Assembly: GCF_006345805.1 (NCBI RefSeq)
Contig: NC_043011.1
Coordinates: forward strand, 33,120,464-33,184,463
Origin: Octopus sinensis
Taxonomy: Eukaryota
DNA: 64,000 nt
Reading direction: 5' to 3'
Position numbers and translations under genes: made by a program
In this document: in pieces, positions 37,360 to 51,267 of the stretch
Layout: each line of letters begins with the position of its first letter
Position numbering within the stretch: position 1 is the stretch's first letter
The notes under the pieces: generated by a model
Seen by the model: the letters and a program-made list of their open reading frames with translations, nothing else
Databases searched by the model: none
What the model was told of the DNA's origin: nothing

Positions 37360-37713
37360 GTAGCTTGCTTACCCAACCACAGGATTCCGGGTTCAGTCCC
37401 ACTGCGTGGCACCTCGGGCAAGTGTCTTCTACTGTAGCCTTGTGAGTGGATTTGATAGACGGAAACTGAAAGAAGCCCGTCGTGTATATATATTTATATA
37501 TTTATGTGTGTGTGTGTTTGTCTCCCCAACATCGCTTAACAACCGATGGTGCTGTGTTTACGTCCCCGTAAGTTAGCGGTTCGGCAAAAGAAACCGATAG
37601 AATAAGTTCTAGGCTTACAAAGAATAAGTCCTGGAGTCGATTTGCTCAACTAAAGGTGGTGCTCCAGCATGGCCGCAGTCAAATGACTGAAACAAGTAAA
37701 AGAGTAAAAGAGT
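37360..37713 (+). mobile_element. tRNA-derived SINE
   Basis: gtagcttgcttacccaaccac..ccgggttcagtcccactgcg head and ..gaaacaagtaaaagagtaaaagagta tail. Confidence 0.85.
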
Positions 37714-38634
37714 ATACATGATAAATACTGAAAATTTTAAATCAGACTTTAATATTAACGTTTCCGATTTTTGAAAAAAGTAATCAAAAGTGAAATGAAG
37801 GCACCCGGATGTGGGGCCGAGAGTCACCATTACATCTTTCATTTTTCCATTTCAGCCTTTCATCCGTTTTCGTCTACCCACATGTTTGTATTGTCTTGTA
37901 TTGTCCCCTCTGTATTTCGTCCCTTGTGGGTAATAAAGAATTCAGAAACGTTAGCACGCCAGGCGAAATGCTTAGCAGTATTTCGTCGGTGTGAACGTTC
38001 TGAGTTCAAATTCCGCCGAGGTCAACTTTGCTTTTCATCTTTTCGGGGTCGATAAATTAAGTACCAGTTGCGAACTGGAGTCGCTGTAATTGACTAGTCC
38101 TCTCCCCGCAATTTTCAGGCCTTGTGTCTTTAGTAGAAAGGATTGTTTCTATCGAAATATGCTACGAGCTACGAAATAATTTACAAGGTCGCTTGATTTT
38201 GATAGTTGAGCTGACATAAAGCAACCCCAAATTTTAAAAGACTATAATCAGTTGAATTGAGCTGTGTACAATTTTTTTCGAACTCGCAGAGGGGGAAATA
38301 GAATGAAGTAACATTTAATCCAGTAAGGGTAAAGACCCCCTTCGGTCATGAATGACCATGGGATTGCACCTAGAAAGTTACCCTCCTAGACACAAGTCTG
38401 GGCAAGGTTGTTTATGGAAGACCAGCAGTCGCCCATGCATACCAGCCTCCCCTCTCCACGCCACCAGTGTTATCCAAGGGAAAGACAAAGGTCGATACAG
38501 CTTGGCACCTGTGACGTCGCAACTCATTTCTACAGCTGAGTGAACTGGAGCAACGTGAAATAAAGTGCCTTGCTCAAGATTGCCAAATTTAATGTTCTCT
38601 AAGGGAGAGAACTTTTTCCGGTAGTTTTTATAAA

Positions 38635-39019
38635 TCTTTATATATAAAAGAGAAGTTGTGTGTCTGTTTCCTACGATTTAGATTCCTAACTACTCCCACA
38701 TTTTGCTGTGCAGTTTAACCAAAACCGGGTATCTTATAGTCGTGATTCATATCGAGCCCTTCTGGGTATTAGCGCGCGTCTACGATTTAAAAATAAATTT
38801 AACATCATTTTTTTCCATTTTAATGCATTTTTCGCTATTATATAAGGGAAGTAACTTTCTAAAAATGTCTACGATGAGTCAACGATTTAAAAAAAAATTA
38901 CCATAATTTTTTTTCCATTTTTAATGCATTTTTTTGCTATTTTTTGGCTATAACTCTCTAAAAATGCTTATATAGTTATTTCCGTTACAAACCCGAGCAA
39001 CGCCGGGCGATACTGCTAG
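38635..39019 (+). mobile_element. Non-autonomous Helitron
   Basis: A|TC 5' end, subterminal hairpin cccgagcaacgccggg, 3' CTAG|T, no TSD. Confidence 0.9.
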
Positions 39020-40865
39020 TTTTACATAATTATTTATCACATTCTGAAATAGTAATTGTCCATGTCTTAAAACTTATGAAAAATCATTTTCGATTTTGTT
39101 ATCCCCTGCCGTAACTTATTGCAGCGTGTTTTATTAAAGAACATCACGAAACGATAAAGAGGAATTATGTAGCATGGGAATTATCTCCCTTGCATTATTT
39201 ACAGTAATGAAGAATTGAAACGGTTTCCGATATTTTGTGAGTAGACAGTCCGTAATCAGCTGGGAGCTATTTCAATTGGCTTTTTTTTTTCTTTTCTTAA
39301 GCAGTTAATATACATACGAAGGATATGAATATTTAGACAACTAGTTTCTCCTTTCGGCCAAGTATCTGGGAAGATGTCAATAGAAATCAAAGAGTAACAC
39401 ATGCTTAATGTTAATGTAGTTAAGATTTTTACTCCCAGATAGTAACTCTGAAATTGTACAGCAGATTACAAACCGGATGATGTACTCGCTCCATCCTTAA
39501 CCGTTTGTTCGTCCCCGTTGACCTTCCACACTACTCCTTATTTCTTCAACGATCAATCTAGCGTACTTCTCGCTTCTTTGCCTTGGCACTGCCGCTTCCC
39601 CTATATTCCTTTAATTACCACCCCCATCTCTTCAAACGGGCCCCTAATTTGCCGGATATTTTAGTCAGTAGTTCCTCTACTTCTCCTAACACCCAACCAA
39701 GATTTTTCCCCTGCTCTCAAGTCCGACGCAGCGTATGTCTTTACGAGAGGACGCCGAAAAGTTCCTGGTTTTAAGGGTATCACGAAAGGCCTGATTCTAG
39801 GCCCAACCTTCCGAGTTCTTTTACAGGGCTCAGAAAAACTAAAGGACCACTGCAATAAGTGTGTGAATCTGAGAAGGGAACATGTTAAATAGAATCATAA
39901 TTAACTGATCCTCCTGCATTTTCTTTTACCCCAAATAAGGGACTTTTCAACACCCTTCGTACATCGACAACACTCCCATACTCCTTGGACACAACAAGCG
40001 TCGCTTTCTTATCACAAGAAATGTTACTTCCTGTCTTAAATATCTGTTCTGTGGTCCCTTATATATTGATGTTATTGAGCGAAAACACCTAAAGCTCCAC
40101 GAGGCTCCGGCAGGGGATGGTGGTGATCCCTGCTGTACTCTTTCACCACAACTTTCTCTTACTCTTACTTCCTGTTTCTGTTGTACCTGTATTTCAAAGG
40201 GCCGGCCTTGTCACTCTCTGTGTCACGCTGAATATCCCCGAGAACTACGTGAAGGGTACACTTGTCTGTGGAGTGCTCAGCCACTTACACGTTAATTTCA
40301 CGAGCAGGCTGTTCCGTTGATTCGGATCAACCGGAATCCTCGTCGTCGTAACCGATGGAGTGCTTCCATCCATCCATATATTGATGTAGCCGACCATAAG
40401 TTTGTATCGCCAATTCTACTCGTTTGTACACGCTATTTTCCTCATTTCAATTTGTGGTGATGTTTATAACACAACGCAACACATCCCATACTTTTTGCTG
40501 TCACAAAGAACAATATCTCATCTTCCACCTTGGTTGCAGTCGCATAAATAGTGCAGTTACATTTACACAATTGCATCCTACCATAGTGCATTCTTCCTCT
40601 CCACACTAAACCTTGTCATAGCACATCACTCTTATTGATATATCACAGGCCACATAACCATAGACATCAGTGACTGAACATACGATACACACGCATGCAT
40701 ATCATGCGCGCAATATTTCTTTCACCTTCTTACTCATTTTCTCCCTTTTGTGCCTCTCCTCTCACGTTCTCTCTCTCCATTCCGTCTTTCTCCCTCTTTC
40801 TGACCTCTCCCCAATTTCTTTCTTTTCACTCCGCCCTTCTCTCTCTTTCTGACCTCTCTCTAATT

Positions 40866-40897
<32 letters not shown>

Positions 40898-41375
40898 TCA
40901 CTGTGATCCAAATTGTATCTTTAATTCCGCTCCTTCTATCACATTCCCTTCTTTCCATTCTACACTCGGCCTGCCATGTAAACAGACGTCGTGAATTCGA
41001 TATGCTCTTTTTTTTCATTTGCTGCTTTTATTCATATCCATTTTTTCTGATAAAGTGTATCACTAGAAACTTTAGATTCTCTTCTGTATCTTTCATTCGT
41101 GTATTTATTTTCGCTTTACAATTTCTCATTGCTGTTCACCTTTATACTTCTACGCATTTTAGTCATGTGTTTTGCTTGTGTGACTTAGTGCATCGTTTGT
41201 TTGTTTGTCCCCTCATTACTTCATAACATTACATTTTTCACTTTACATGATTTCTCTCTCTCTCTCTCTCTCTTTCATACACGCACACTCTTTATCCGTG
41301 TGCGTATGTACGTATATATGCACGTATGTACACACACACACACACACACACATACACGCTCGCACACACACACAC

Positions 41376-41426
<51 letters not shown>

Positions 41427-42682
41427 AACTTCTGTACTTTCGAGTTGCGTCTTTTTCGACTTCGCTCTTTTGAGATTTCGTGTAATGACGCATGTCGTGT
41501 TGTGGAACCAATTATCAATGTAAGTTGAAGCAAGCCTGCACACACGCGCGTGCACACTCACACACACATATGTATATACATATTTCTTTATTGGCCACAA
41601 GGGGCTAAACATAGAGGGGACAAACAAGGACAGACAAAGGGATTAAGTTATTTAATCGACCCCGAAAGGATGAAAGACAAAGTCGACCTCGGCGGAATTT
41701 GAACTCAGAACGTAGCAGCAGACTGGGTAAGCATTTCACCCAGCGTGCTAACGTTTCTGCCAGCTCGCCGCCTTGTATATACACATATGTATATACAATC
41801 GTCACTAAAGTGACTAACGGTGCAAGCCAGTAACAGCATTGCTAGAAATAAGAGTCAAAACAACTGTTAGCCCTAGGCAACGGACTAATGTCACTGATGA
41901 GGATTAATTTTATCCCAAATCGTCGATGATCTTATGCTCTCTCTTGCTGTAGGGAGGTCATTTCCTTTGTCAGTCAATAGATAGTGCTTTGCCCCGTGGC
42001 TAAGAGTTGTTTTGACTCTTAGCAATCCTGGTGGTGACTTGCACGTGCTTGTGCCTTTTGGTTCTAAGTTGTGAATAATCACCTTAATAATTTATATATA
42101 TATCCATATATCTGTGTGCGCGCGCGCAAATGTGTGTGTGTGTGTGTGTATGTGTGTGTTCGTAGAGCGCGTGACAACATGCTATCAGAACAGCTTATTT
42201 TGGAAACGTATTTGCGAACGACTCGAAATGTCAAACTAATGGATTCAGGAACGTCATCGTTTAAAACTAAACATAAAAGACTAATTTGGGAATATGAAAA
42301 AAAAAAAAAAGTTTATGATAAAAAAAAAACAGAAAGAAAAACCCCATCAAACTCGAACATGGCGATGTTTTTCAGATAACATATTTGAACGAAATGTTGT
42401 TTCCTATGTACACAAATATACATACATCGCCATGATAGATCGCTAGCCACTATACCTTTTTCTATTTTCTCTCCCTTTTTATTACTATGTTCCTTTCTGT
42501 CGAAGAGCATAGCCTCGAAACGTAAAAGACTTTCTCACTTCCCGAGCGTTAAACTAATACATCTGTTTGTTGTTTTACACACCTGTCTTGGTTTATTTAT
42601 TTTTTTTTTTTGTAAATTCTCACTATATACATACATAGTCAGACAAACAGGCAAGTAAACAGACACACGCACAAATGCACGC

Positions 42683-42731
<49 letters not shown>

Positions 42732-43086
42732 CGCACATACAAAGGGATGACAAGTTTAAAAGAAGCTATGTCCAACTGAAAGATAGGTCTGAAAGTAAAT
42801 AGAATATTAAATCCATGATCATTATCCGAAAAGCCTTAGGCCAAACAAAATATATTTTGTTGGACTAACGATTTTGGATTAAATACTTTATTTCATTCAT
42901 TCATTCATTCGTACTCGAAAGTGACCTGACATACATACATACATACATACATACATACATACATACATACATACATACATACATACATACATACGTGCAT
43001 GCATAATCACTTATGTATGTATGTACCGTTATATAGGTGTAAGTAAATATATTTGCATGTACGATCAAACACACAGACACACGCAT

Positions 43087-43139
<53 letters not shown>

Positions 43140-43259
43140 TATTGTTTAATTAACTCAAAAACTCGTTCGGTAATTGGTATTTCGCCTTGTTATTAAATAG
43201 AAATTGTTTTTCAGTTGATTCTATTCACATTACAAAAGGACATACGCATTTACCCAACC

Positions 43260-43946
43260 ACACATACGCAGTTCTCCCTACCTCCTATCCACATATTACA
43301 CACACACACACAACACACACACACAAACACAAACACACACACACACATACTTTCTCTTTATCTCTTGCACACATACACACACAAACAAACACACACGTTC
43401 TCTGTCTGTCTGTGTGTCTGTCTCTCTATTTCTTGCACACTCTCTGTCTCTTGTACACATATCTCTATTCCTTGCACACACACACCACACCACACCACAC
43501 ACATATACTTTCTCTTTATCTCTTGCACACATACACACACAAACAAACACACACGTTCTCTGTCTGTCTGTGTGTCTGTCTCTCTATTTCTTGCACACTC
43601 TCTGTCTCTTGTACACATATCTCTATTCCTTGCACACACACACACACACACACACACACACCACACCACACCACACACATATACTTTCTCTCTATCTCTT
43701 GCACACATACACACACACAAACAACACACACGTTCTCTGTCTGTCTGTGTGTCTGTCTCTTGTACACATATCTCTATTCCTTGCACACACACACACACAC
43801 ACAAACACACATACTTTCTCTTTATCTCTTGCACACATACACACACATACACACAAACAAATACACACGTTCTCTGTCTGTCTGTGTGTCTGTCTCTCTA
43901 TTTCTTGCACACTCTCTGTCTCTTGTACACATATCTCTATTCCTTG

Positions 43947-43987
<41 letters not shown>

Positions 43988-44040
43988 ACACATACACACA
44001 CAAACACACACACATTCTCTCTCTCTCTCTCTCTTATTAT
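43260..44040. repeat. Tandem repeat of about 150-190 bp built from CA/CT microsatellite blocks (4-5 units)
   Basis: atactttctctttatctcttgcacacatacac..gttctctgtctgtctgtgtgtctgtctc recurs. Confidence 0.9.
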
Positions 44041-44269
44041 TTCCTGTACACATACATATACACACTCCACACATGCACCAAAGCACACTATCAATATTAG
44101 CACTCTGTCTCTTTATCCTGGAGGCATCTTGAAATTGTCAACAGAAGTGAAGCAAATACATAAAGAGATTAAAAAACATTGCTTGGAGAAGAGAGAGACA
44201 CCACCACCAACAACAATAACAACAGTTGTTCCATAACTTAAAGCAGCAGCGGCAGCACCAACCGCAGTA

Positions 44270-44762
44270 TAGGTGCAATGGCCCAGTGGTCAGGGCAGTG
44301 GACTCGCGGTCATAAGAACGCGGTTTCGATTCCTAGACCGGGCATTGTGAGTGTTTATTGAGCAAAACACCTAAGCTCCACGAGGCTCCAGCGGATGGGG
44401 GTGGTCAACACCGCTGTACTCTTTCACCACAACTTTCTCTCACTCTTTCTGCCACAAAGCAGAGGAACCATGGTGTAACCACACTATGGTGTGGTAAACT
44501 TTCAGACCCTAATCTAGATTGCGAATCCTCTGTACCCCAGGATGGTTCAGCTCTCCACCGGGTTAAAAGCCACCGTTTACGGAATGAAGATAACAACGTA
44601 GCTTTCGCGCCCGTCCAACCGTCAGTCTATCGCGTGTGGTGGGTGGATCTTCAAGTTGCCAAACGCATTCTTAGTAGCTTAGAGTAGGCTCGAATTAGAT
44701 ATTATTCTTTGTGGCTAAGAGCGTGAGTCCTGATTGGAAGAAGAAGAAGAAGAAGAAGAAGA
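44270..44762 (+). mobile_element. tRNA-derived SINE with (GAA)n tail
   Basis: A box tggcccagtgg, B box ggtttcgattcc, gaagaagaa tail; a homologous inverted copy lies at 58997-59478. Confidence 0.85.
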
Positions 44763-45389
44763 ACCAGCCGCAGGTGCTGCAATAGGCGGAGAGCTGGCAG
44801 AATTGTTACCACACAGGAAAAGTGCTTAGCGGCATATTGTACGTTTTTACGTTCTGAGTTCAAATTCCGCCGAGGTCGACTTTGCTTTTATCCTTTCGGG
44901 GTCGATTAAATAAACACCAGCTGAAAACTGGTGTCTGTGTAATCGATTATTCCTCTTCCCCGAAACTGCTGATCTTGTGCCAAAATTTGAACAAGGCTGA
45001 AAGGAATAAGAACAGCGACATTCCTCTTTGGTAAAACCCTCGTCGTTTCATTTGAAAAGGAGAGTGAAAGTGGAGAGGTGGTACCACTCTGAGTGTAGAC
45101 CTGGGCAATCTCGGATTATCCTCGATTATCCCTAGAGGTACTCCGGTATTAGGAGGATCCCATCATTATCACATTTGTTTTTCTTCTTCGTGTCGTATAC
45201 TTTGTATATTTCCCTTCTTTTAAGGTATACCTTTTTTTTATTATTCCATTATATGTAAATCGCCCCACTTTATGTCTGTCTTTGTATTGTTCCCCTCATC
45301 CTTTGCCATGGTGGCAAATAAAAGAAATGAAAATCATCATTATCATCATCATCATCATCATCATTACTATTATTGTTGTTGTTATTATA

Positions 45390-45900
45390 AGGCGGCGAGC
45401 TGGCAGAAGCGTTAGCACGCCGGGCGAAATGCTTTGCGGTATTTCGTCTGCCGTTACGTTCTGAGTTCAAATTCCGCCGAGGTCGACTTTGCCTTTTATC
45501 CTTTCGGGGTCGATAAATTAAGCACCAGTTACGCACTGGGGTCGATGTAATCGACTTAATACCTATGTCTGTCCTTGTTTGTCCCCTCTATGTTTATCCC
45601 CTTGTGGGTAATAAAGAAATAGGTATTTCGTCTGCCGTTATATTGTGAGTTCAAATTACGCCGAAGTCGACTTTGCCTTTCATCCTTTCGGGGTCGATCA
45701 AATAAGTACCAGTTATGTACTGGAGTCGATATAATCGACTCAATCAGTTTGTCTGTCCTTGTTTGTCCTCTCTGTGTTTAACCCCTTGAGGATAGTAAAG
45801 AAATAGGTATTTCACCAGTCGCTATGTTCTGAGTTCAAATTTTACCGAGCTCGACTTTGCCTTTCATCTTTTGGGGTCGATGAAATAAGACTTCAGGCCT
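45390..45900 (+). mobile_element. SINE with internal tandem duplication (3 body units of about 165 bp)
   Basis: gtatttc..c.gt...t.ttctgagttcaaatt..gccgaggtcgactttgcc repeats at about 45440, 45625 and 45805. Confidence 0.8.
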
Positions 45901-45918
45901 TGTGCCTATAATACTGTC

Positions 45919-45964
<46 letters not shown>

Positions 45965-46496
45965 GAGTGAGAGAGCAGTGCATGCCATCAAAGTGGCACT
46001 GGGGTAAAATAAACGAAGCCCAGTAATCTCATCATGACTACCCGTCTGATAAGAGTACACTAGGCACATGCATCACAACCATATGTGCATCACAATAGCA
46101 CACGATCTTGCAGGTGGGGGCCAGTTAGAATTTTCTTCTGGTTGAGTAACCATCCCGCTCAAAAGGTCCCTGAATAGGGGTTGTTTAAGGATGTTGAACG
46201 AAACACCCATGTTTCCAGAGGTGAATTATTCAAGCCCCAAAGAATCCCTCTCAACACATGGCTATAGTGCTCCCCCACTACTTTTGCTCGTGATCAGAGA
46301 TGCACATATCATCAGCTACTAAGGGACATGCTCAACTGGTTAAGGTCAAACAACTGACAAGCAAATCTGTGGTATTGAGCAGAATATTTGCTGTAGCCCA
46401 TCTTTTATACCAAGACAAAACAATGTACATGATAACACTTCCGATCAGTTAAGATCAGAAGCCACGAGAGCCACTGCCTGGTACTGCATCAGGGCA
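45965..46496. mobile_element. About 530-bp dispersed element embedded in (ATT)n, copy 2
   Basis: Same ends and internal sequence as 19135-19690, with one internal deletion. Confidence 0.85.
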
Positions 46497-46501
46497 TATT
46501 A

Positions 46502-46581
<80 letters not shown>

Positions 46582-47191
46582 TTACTTACTTACTTACTTA
46601 CCAGCGTCGCTTTACTGGCACTTGTGCCGATGTGCAGGTGACACGTAAAAAAAAACACGATTTTTCTGTGACCGCTGGCAGTACCGCCTGACTGGCCCTC
46701 GTGCCGGTGGCACGTAAAAGCACCCACTACACTCACGGAGTGGTTGGCGTTAGGAAGGGCATCCAGCTGTAGAAACTCTGCCAGATCAGATTGGAGCCTG
46801 GTGCAGCCATCTGGTTCGCCAGTCTTCAGTCAAATCGTCCAACCCATGCTAGCATGGAAAGTGGACGTTAAACGATAATGATGGTGATGATGATGATAAG
46901 TAATAGTAGTAGTAGTGGTCGGATGTAGTATCAACAACAGTGGAGACAGCACTGCATTTGTTGCAAACAATCTCTGGAAAATAATGCGGTTGGTTAAAAG
47001 ATGAGACAAGAAGAGAAAGAGGGAGGAGTAAAGACTATTATTACAGTCAAGAACAAAATTATGTCTTGAAGCTGATATATTAATACAAGCAGCATCAATA
47101 TATTAGCTGCATTATTAGGTAAATGCTTTTCTTTTATATCTGAAAGTGAATCTGTTTTATAACTGTTGTGTACATATAACACACACACACA

Positions 47192-47238
<47 letters not shown>

Positions 47239-47319
47239 TATCAGAATACGTGTATTATGTTATTATGTGTATTTTTACATACTTATATGTGTACACACAC
47301 ACACACACATTTATGTATG

Positions 47320-47353
<34 letters not shown>

Positions 47354-47354
<1 letters not shown>

Positions 47355-48199
47355 TAGCAGAATTGCCCGGCGTTGCTCGGGGCTGAATTGCTTGAAAGTA
47401 CTGTTAATGATTGCACTGAATTATGCTGATTATTCAGGCAAATATTGATATAAGTTTACGCTGGGAGATAAGGACTTAACGATCAAACGTGTGCCATTGC
47501 ATTGTTTTGGGGGAACCAAATTTCTGATGAGCATTATAGGGGCACCGACTTTAAGTTTGAGAATGTGTGGTGTTAGTCCGGGGTGCTCAAAGGAATTGAG
47601 TACCTCTATTGGATAGTTGATGACGTCCTGTGGGTCAGGAGTTGTATTGATAGACTGATATACATAGACTTCCCCAGGAATGAGTTTTAGCATTTCATCA
47701 TTAATATGGTGAACAGTTTTATTCATCGGGGCGAGTATAGCCTTTTGGCCAATCCAATCCATATTCTGATAATTAGCTTGTAGATCTTGGAACACTGCAT
47801 CTCTGAGATCAGAAGGCGTCTTAACAATGGTACAAATGGAATCGAAGGCAATATTACCATTTTCATCCCCTGGTATTTTGCCTTCGCCAAGTGCAAGGAG
47901 GGTGTGAGGAAATGCTGCTGATGTGATATTACGTCGCATATGAGCACGCATATTGGTGTGAAGTTTGAGAGTTACTTCCCTTTATTTAAAAAATATGCAT
48001 TAAAATGGGAGAAAATGATGGTAAATTATTTGTAAAATCGTAGACTCATCGTAGACGCGCGCTAATACCCAGAAGTGCTCGATATGAATCACGACTATAA
48101 GATACCCGGTTTTGGTTAAACTGCATCGCAAAATGTGGGAGTAGTTAGGAATCTAAATCGGAGTAGACAGACACACAACCTTTCTTTTATATATAAAGA
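47354..48199 (-). mobile_element. Internally deleted Helitron carrying a PIF1 helicase C-terminal fragment
   Basis: Same TC / hairpin-CTAG termini as 38635-39019. The internal ORF 47430-47951 has AILAP.N, LKLKVGAPIMLIRNL and CNGTRLIV. Confidence 0.9.
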
Positions 48200-49700
48200 T
48201 TTTCGTCCGTCCTAAAAAACTTTGTGCGGAGTGAATGGTTACCTCTATGGAAATATATACACACACATTATACATACATGTGTGTATAGATGAATATATA
48301 AATACATTTAAATATCTATATACACTTTTGGGTGATCTTTCTGCTACTTGGATATACTTTAGATCTTATATTCGTCCAATTCGTCCTAAATAACTTTGTA
48401 TGGAGTGAATGGTTACCTCTATGGAAATATATACACACGCATTATACATACATGTGTGTGTCTATATACACTTTTGGGCGACTGCTACTTAGAGATAAGT
48501 TTAGATGTTATTTTCGTCCTGAAAAAACTTTGTGCGGAGTGAATGGTTACCTCTATGGAAATATATACACACACATTATACATACATCTGTGTATAGATG
48601 AATATATAAATACATTTAAAAAACTTTCCTGTCACACACGCACACACACACACACACACACGCACCCTCACACACATACACACTCACACACACACACTCA
48701 CACACACACACACGCACACACACACATACACACGTTAGCTTACAATTTTATTTATATATTTGCGTGTCTATGTGTGTAAAGAGTAAGTGGGAATGCAGAG
48801 TGAAAGAGTGAATCCCATCAAACACACACACACTCACGCACGCACACATGTACATCAATGCTTTCGGAGTGAAATGTTAAAATATTGAGTTTTCTCGAAT
48901 TTTGTCTTAATTGGGGGTAAAATTGAAAGAAATTTTGTATGGCATGACCCAATGAAAGTACTTTGAAAAATCATGGGTAAACTCTAATTGAAGAAATTGT
49001 GTGAGGAGTAAATCGTTATGTATTTATTTGTTTCTGTTTGCTGTGTTTTTTTTTAGTAGTGGTTTAAGGTACACTTCTCTCGTTTTATAGAAATAGTTTC
49101 ACTTTAATCGTTGCACACTTGCAAAGAGAAAGGAGTAAAAATTAGAGTGATAGCGTGAGTGAAGCAGATCGCTCCGTTTGTGTGTGTGTGTGCTCTAGCC
49201 CACACTAAGAAAAGCACTTGACTTACACACCACAATGTGAGTTTTCTCTAAATTTTGCTTAATTGGGGTTGAAATTTAAAAAAACTGAACCTGGCACGAC
49301 CCGATGCATTCTACTCTTAAAAATGCTAGGTAAATTGTAATTGAAGAAATCCTATATTGTAGATTTCTATAAGAGACAAAGGGAGGCAGATAAAATCTGC
49401 CTTTTATAATAAGAGATATGGTGCAGGAGTGTGGTAAGTAGCTTGCTTACCAACCAAATGGTTCCGGGTTCATTCCCACGGCGTGGGACCTTGGGCAAGT
49501 GATTTTTACAATGGCCCCAGGCCGACCAAAGCCTTGTGAGTGGATTTGGTAGACGGAAACTGAAAGAAGCCCATCGTATATATTTATATGAAGATCAATT
49601 CCATTTGGGTCTTAACCTTGGAGTTTGCTTTATAAAGCCCGTCTACGGGCATCGGTTATCAGATACTATCATACAACGGAAATGGATCTTTTATTGAAGA

Positions 49701-50096
49701 CTAGCAGTATCGCCCGGCGTTGCTCGGGTTTGTAAGGGAAATAACTATATAAGCATTTTTAGAGAGTTATAGCCAAAAAATAGCAAAAAAATGCATTAAA
49801 AATTGAAAAAAAATTAAGGTAATTTTTTTTAAATCGTTGACACATCGTAGATATTTTTAGAGAGTTACTTCCCTTATATAATAACGAAAAATATGCATTA
49901 AAATGGAAAAATATGATGGTAAATTTTTTTTAAATCGTAGACTCATCGTAGACGCGCGCTAATACCCAGAAGGGCTCGATATGAATCACGACTATAAGAT
50001 ACCCGCTTTTGGTTAAACTGCACCGCAAAATGTGGGAGTAGTTACGAATCTAAATCGTAGGAGACAGACACACAACTTCACTTTTATATATAAAGA
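49701..50096 (-). mobile_element. Non-autonomous Helitron (same family as 38635-39019)
   Basis: Reverse complement of the 38635 copy, inserted at A|T. Confidence 0.9.
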
Positions 50097-50208
50097 TATA
50101 AGCCACGTAGTTATATACACATACTTTGTTATATACACATTCTTAAAAGAAAATGTTATTTTGAACACAACATTTACAAAGAATAAAATATTTTTTGGTT
50201 TTTCTTAA

Positions 50209-51267
50209 CCCTTTCGTTACTATATTTCTGACCAAAATACACCCCTTATGTGTTTCAATTATTTCTAACGTAATCATAAATTTAGTCTGGTTTCATTAAA
50301 CAACTATAACTTTTTTATTTATGAATATATTAATCTGATTTTTGGAAGATAATTTAGTGAAATGTTCTCAACCAATTCTATACTATAATTTTTGTCACAA
50401 AGTGACTCTAATTGCAGGTAGATACAGGTAAATTCAACAATATATAAAATTATTAAAATTTTGTTCAAACATCGCTATAGAAAATGGGTTATTAGCTAAT
50501 ATTCAATTGGGTATACAACAAAATTTTACGATAGAATTTGTTATTCTGGGTAACTTTCTAATACCCATAATAATATTTATGGCAAAATAGGCCTTAATTT
50601 CATTTAAGGTTGTGGGAAATAACAAACTATCGTTTCTTTCGCTTTGTTTAGGTTGAGCGTTCGTTTCCGCCGTAATGATTTCAAATAGGCTCATTCGAAA
50701 AAGTAAAAAGAAATAGTCTAAGGCTTTACTCTTCTGGGAAAGTCTGTGGCTTGGTCCAGTTTCTTCAGAGAAATCACCGAAAGAAACAGTTTTTAAATTT
50801 TCACTCCATTCAGGAGCCAAATCATTTTCTTTATCGCTGTCGGAGATCTCAGATTCACTGTTTTCACTTTCGGAAAATGAAACATCAGATTCATTATCAA
50901 ATACCACATGCTTTTTTTTTCAGTCATAGAGTTAGATTTATGAAGGTCTTCAGTAGAAAATCCTTCGAATTCTGACTCGCTGCTTGATATAATGAAATTC
51001 GTATCCATTTTTTGTCAGAATTACAAATTTTGAAAACACAATAGGAACAAATTTCGGAAAAAAATCTCCCATAATTCACAGAATTAAAATTACACTTCGA
51101 TTTTTGTACAAAACTGTAGTTGAACTGTTTACGAAGTATAATTCGTGTTTTCACGAATGTTCTAAAGAAATTTACTCTGATATTCTCATTTAAATATGAA
51201 TAGGTAAATTCGGGCGGCTTGGTCACATTAACCAAAGTTTTTTTCGGGCGGTTTGGTAACGAAAGGG
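50209..51267 (-). mobile_element. Internally deleted piggyBac transposon
   Basis: TTAA at 50205-50208 and 51268-51271; 12-bp TIR ccctttcgttac/gtaacgaaaggg; frameshifted acidic N-terminal transposase fragment (..LFEIITAETN..EIKAYFAINIIMGI..). Confidence 0.92.

Noticed and set aside
41890-41930. CUGAUGA-GGAU..AUCC-CAAA hammerhead-like motif
   Set aside because: The catalytic G12 is replaced by C and stem I pairs poorly; at best a dead remnant.
43187-44236. 349-aa His/Thr-rich ORF and similar ORFs at 6564-7245, 29984-30780 and 41201-41627
   Set aside because: They are microsatellite translations (CA, TA, TG).
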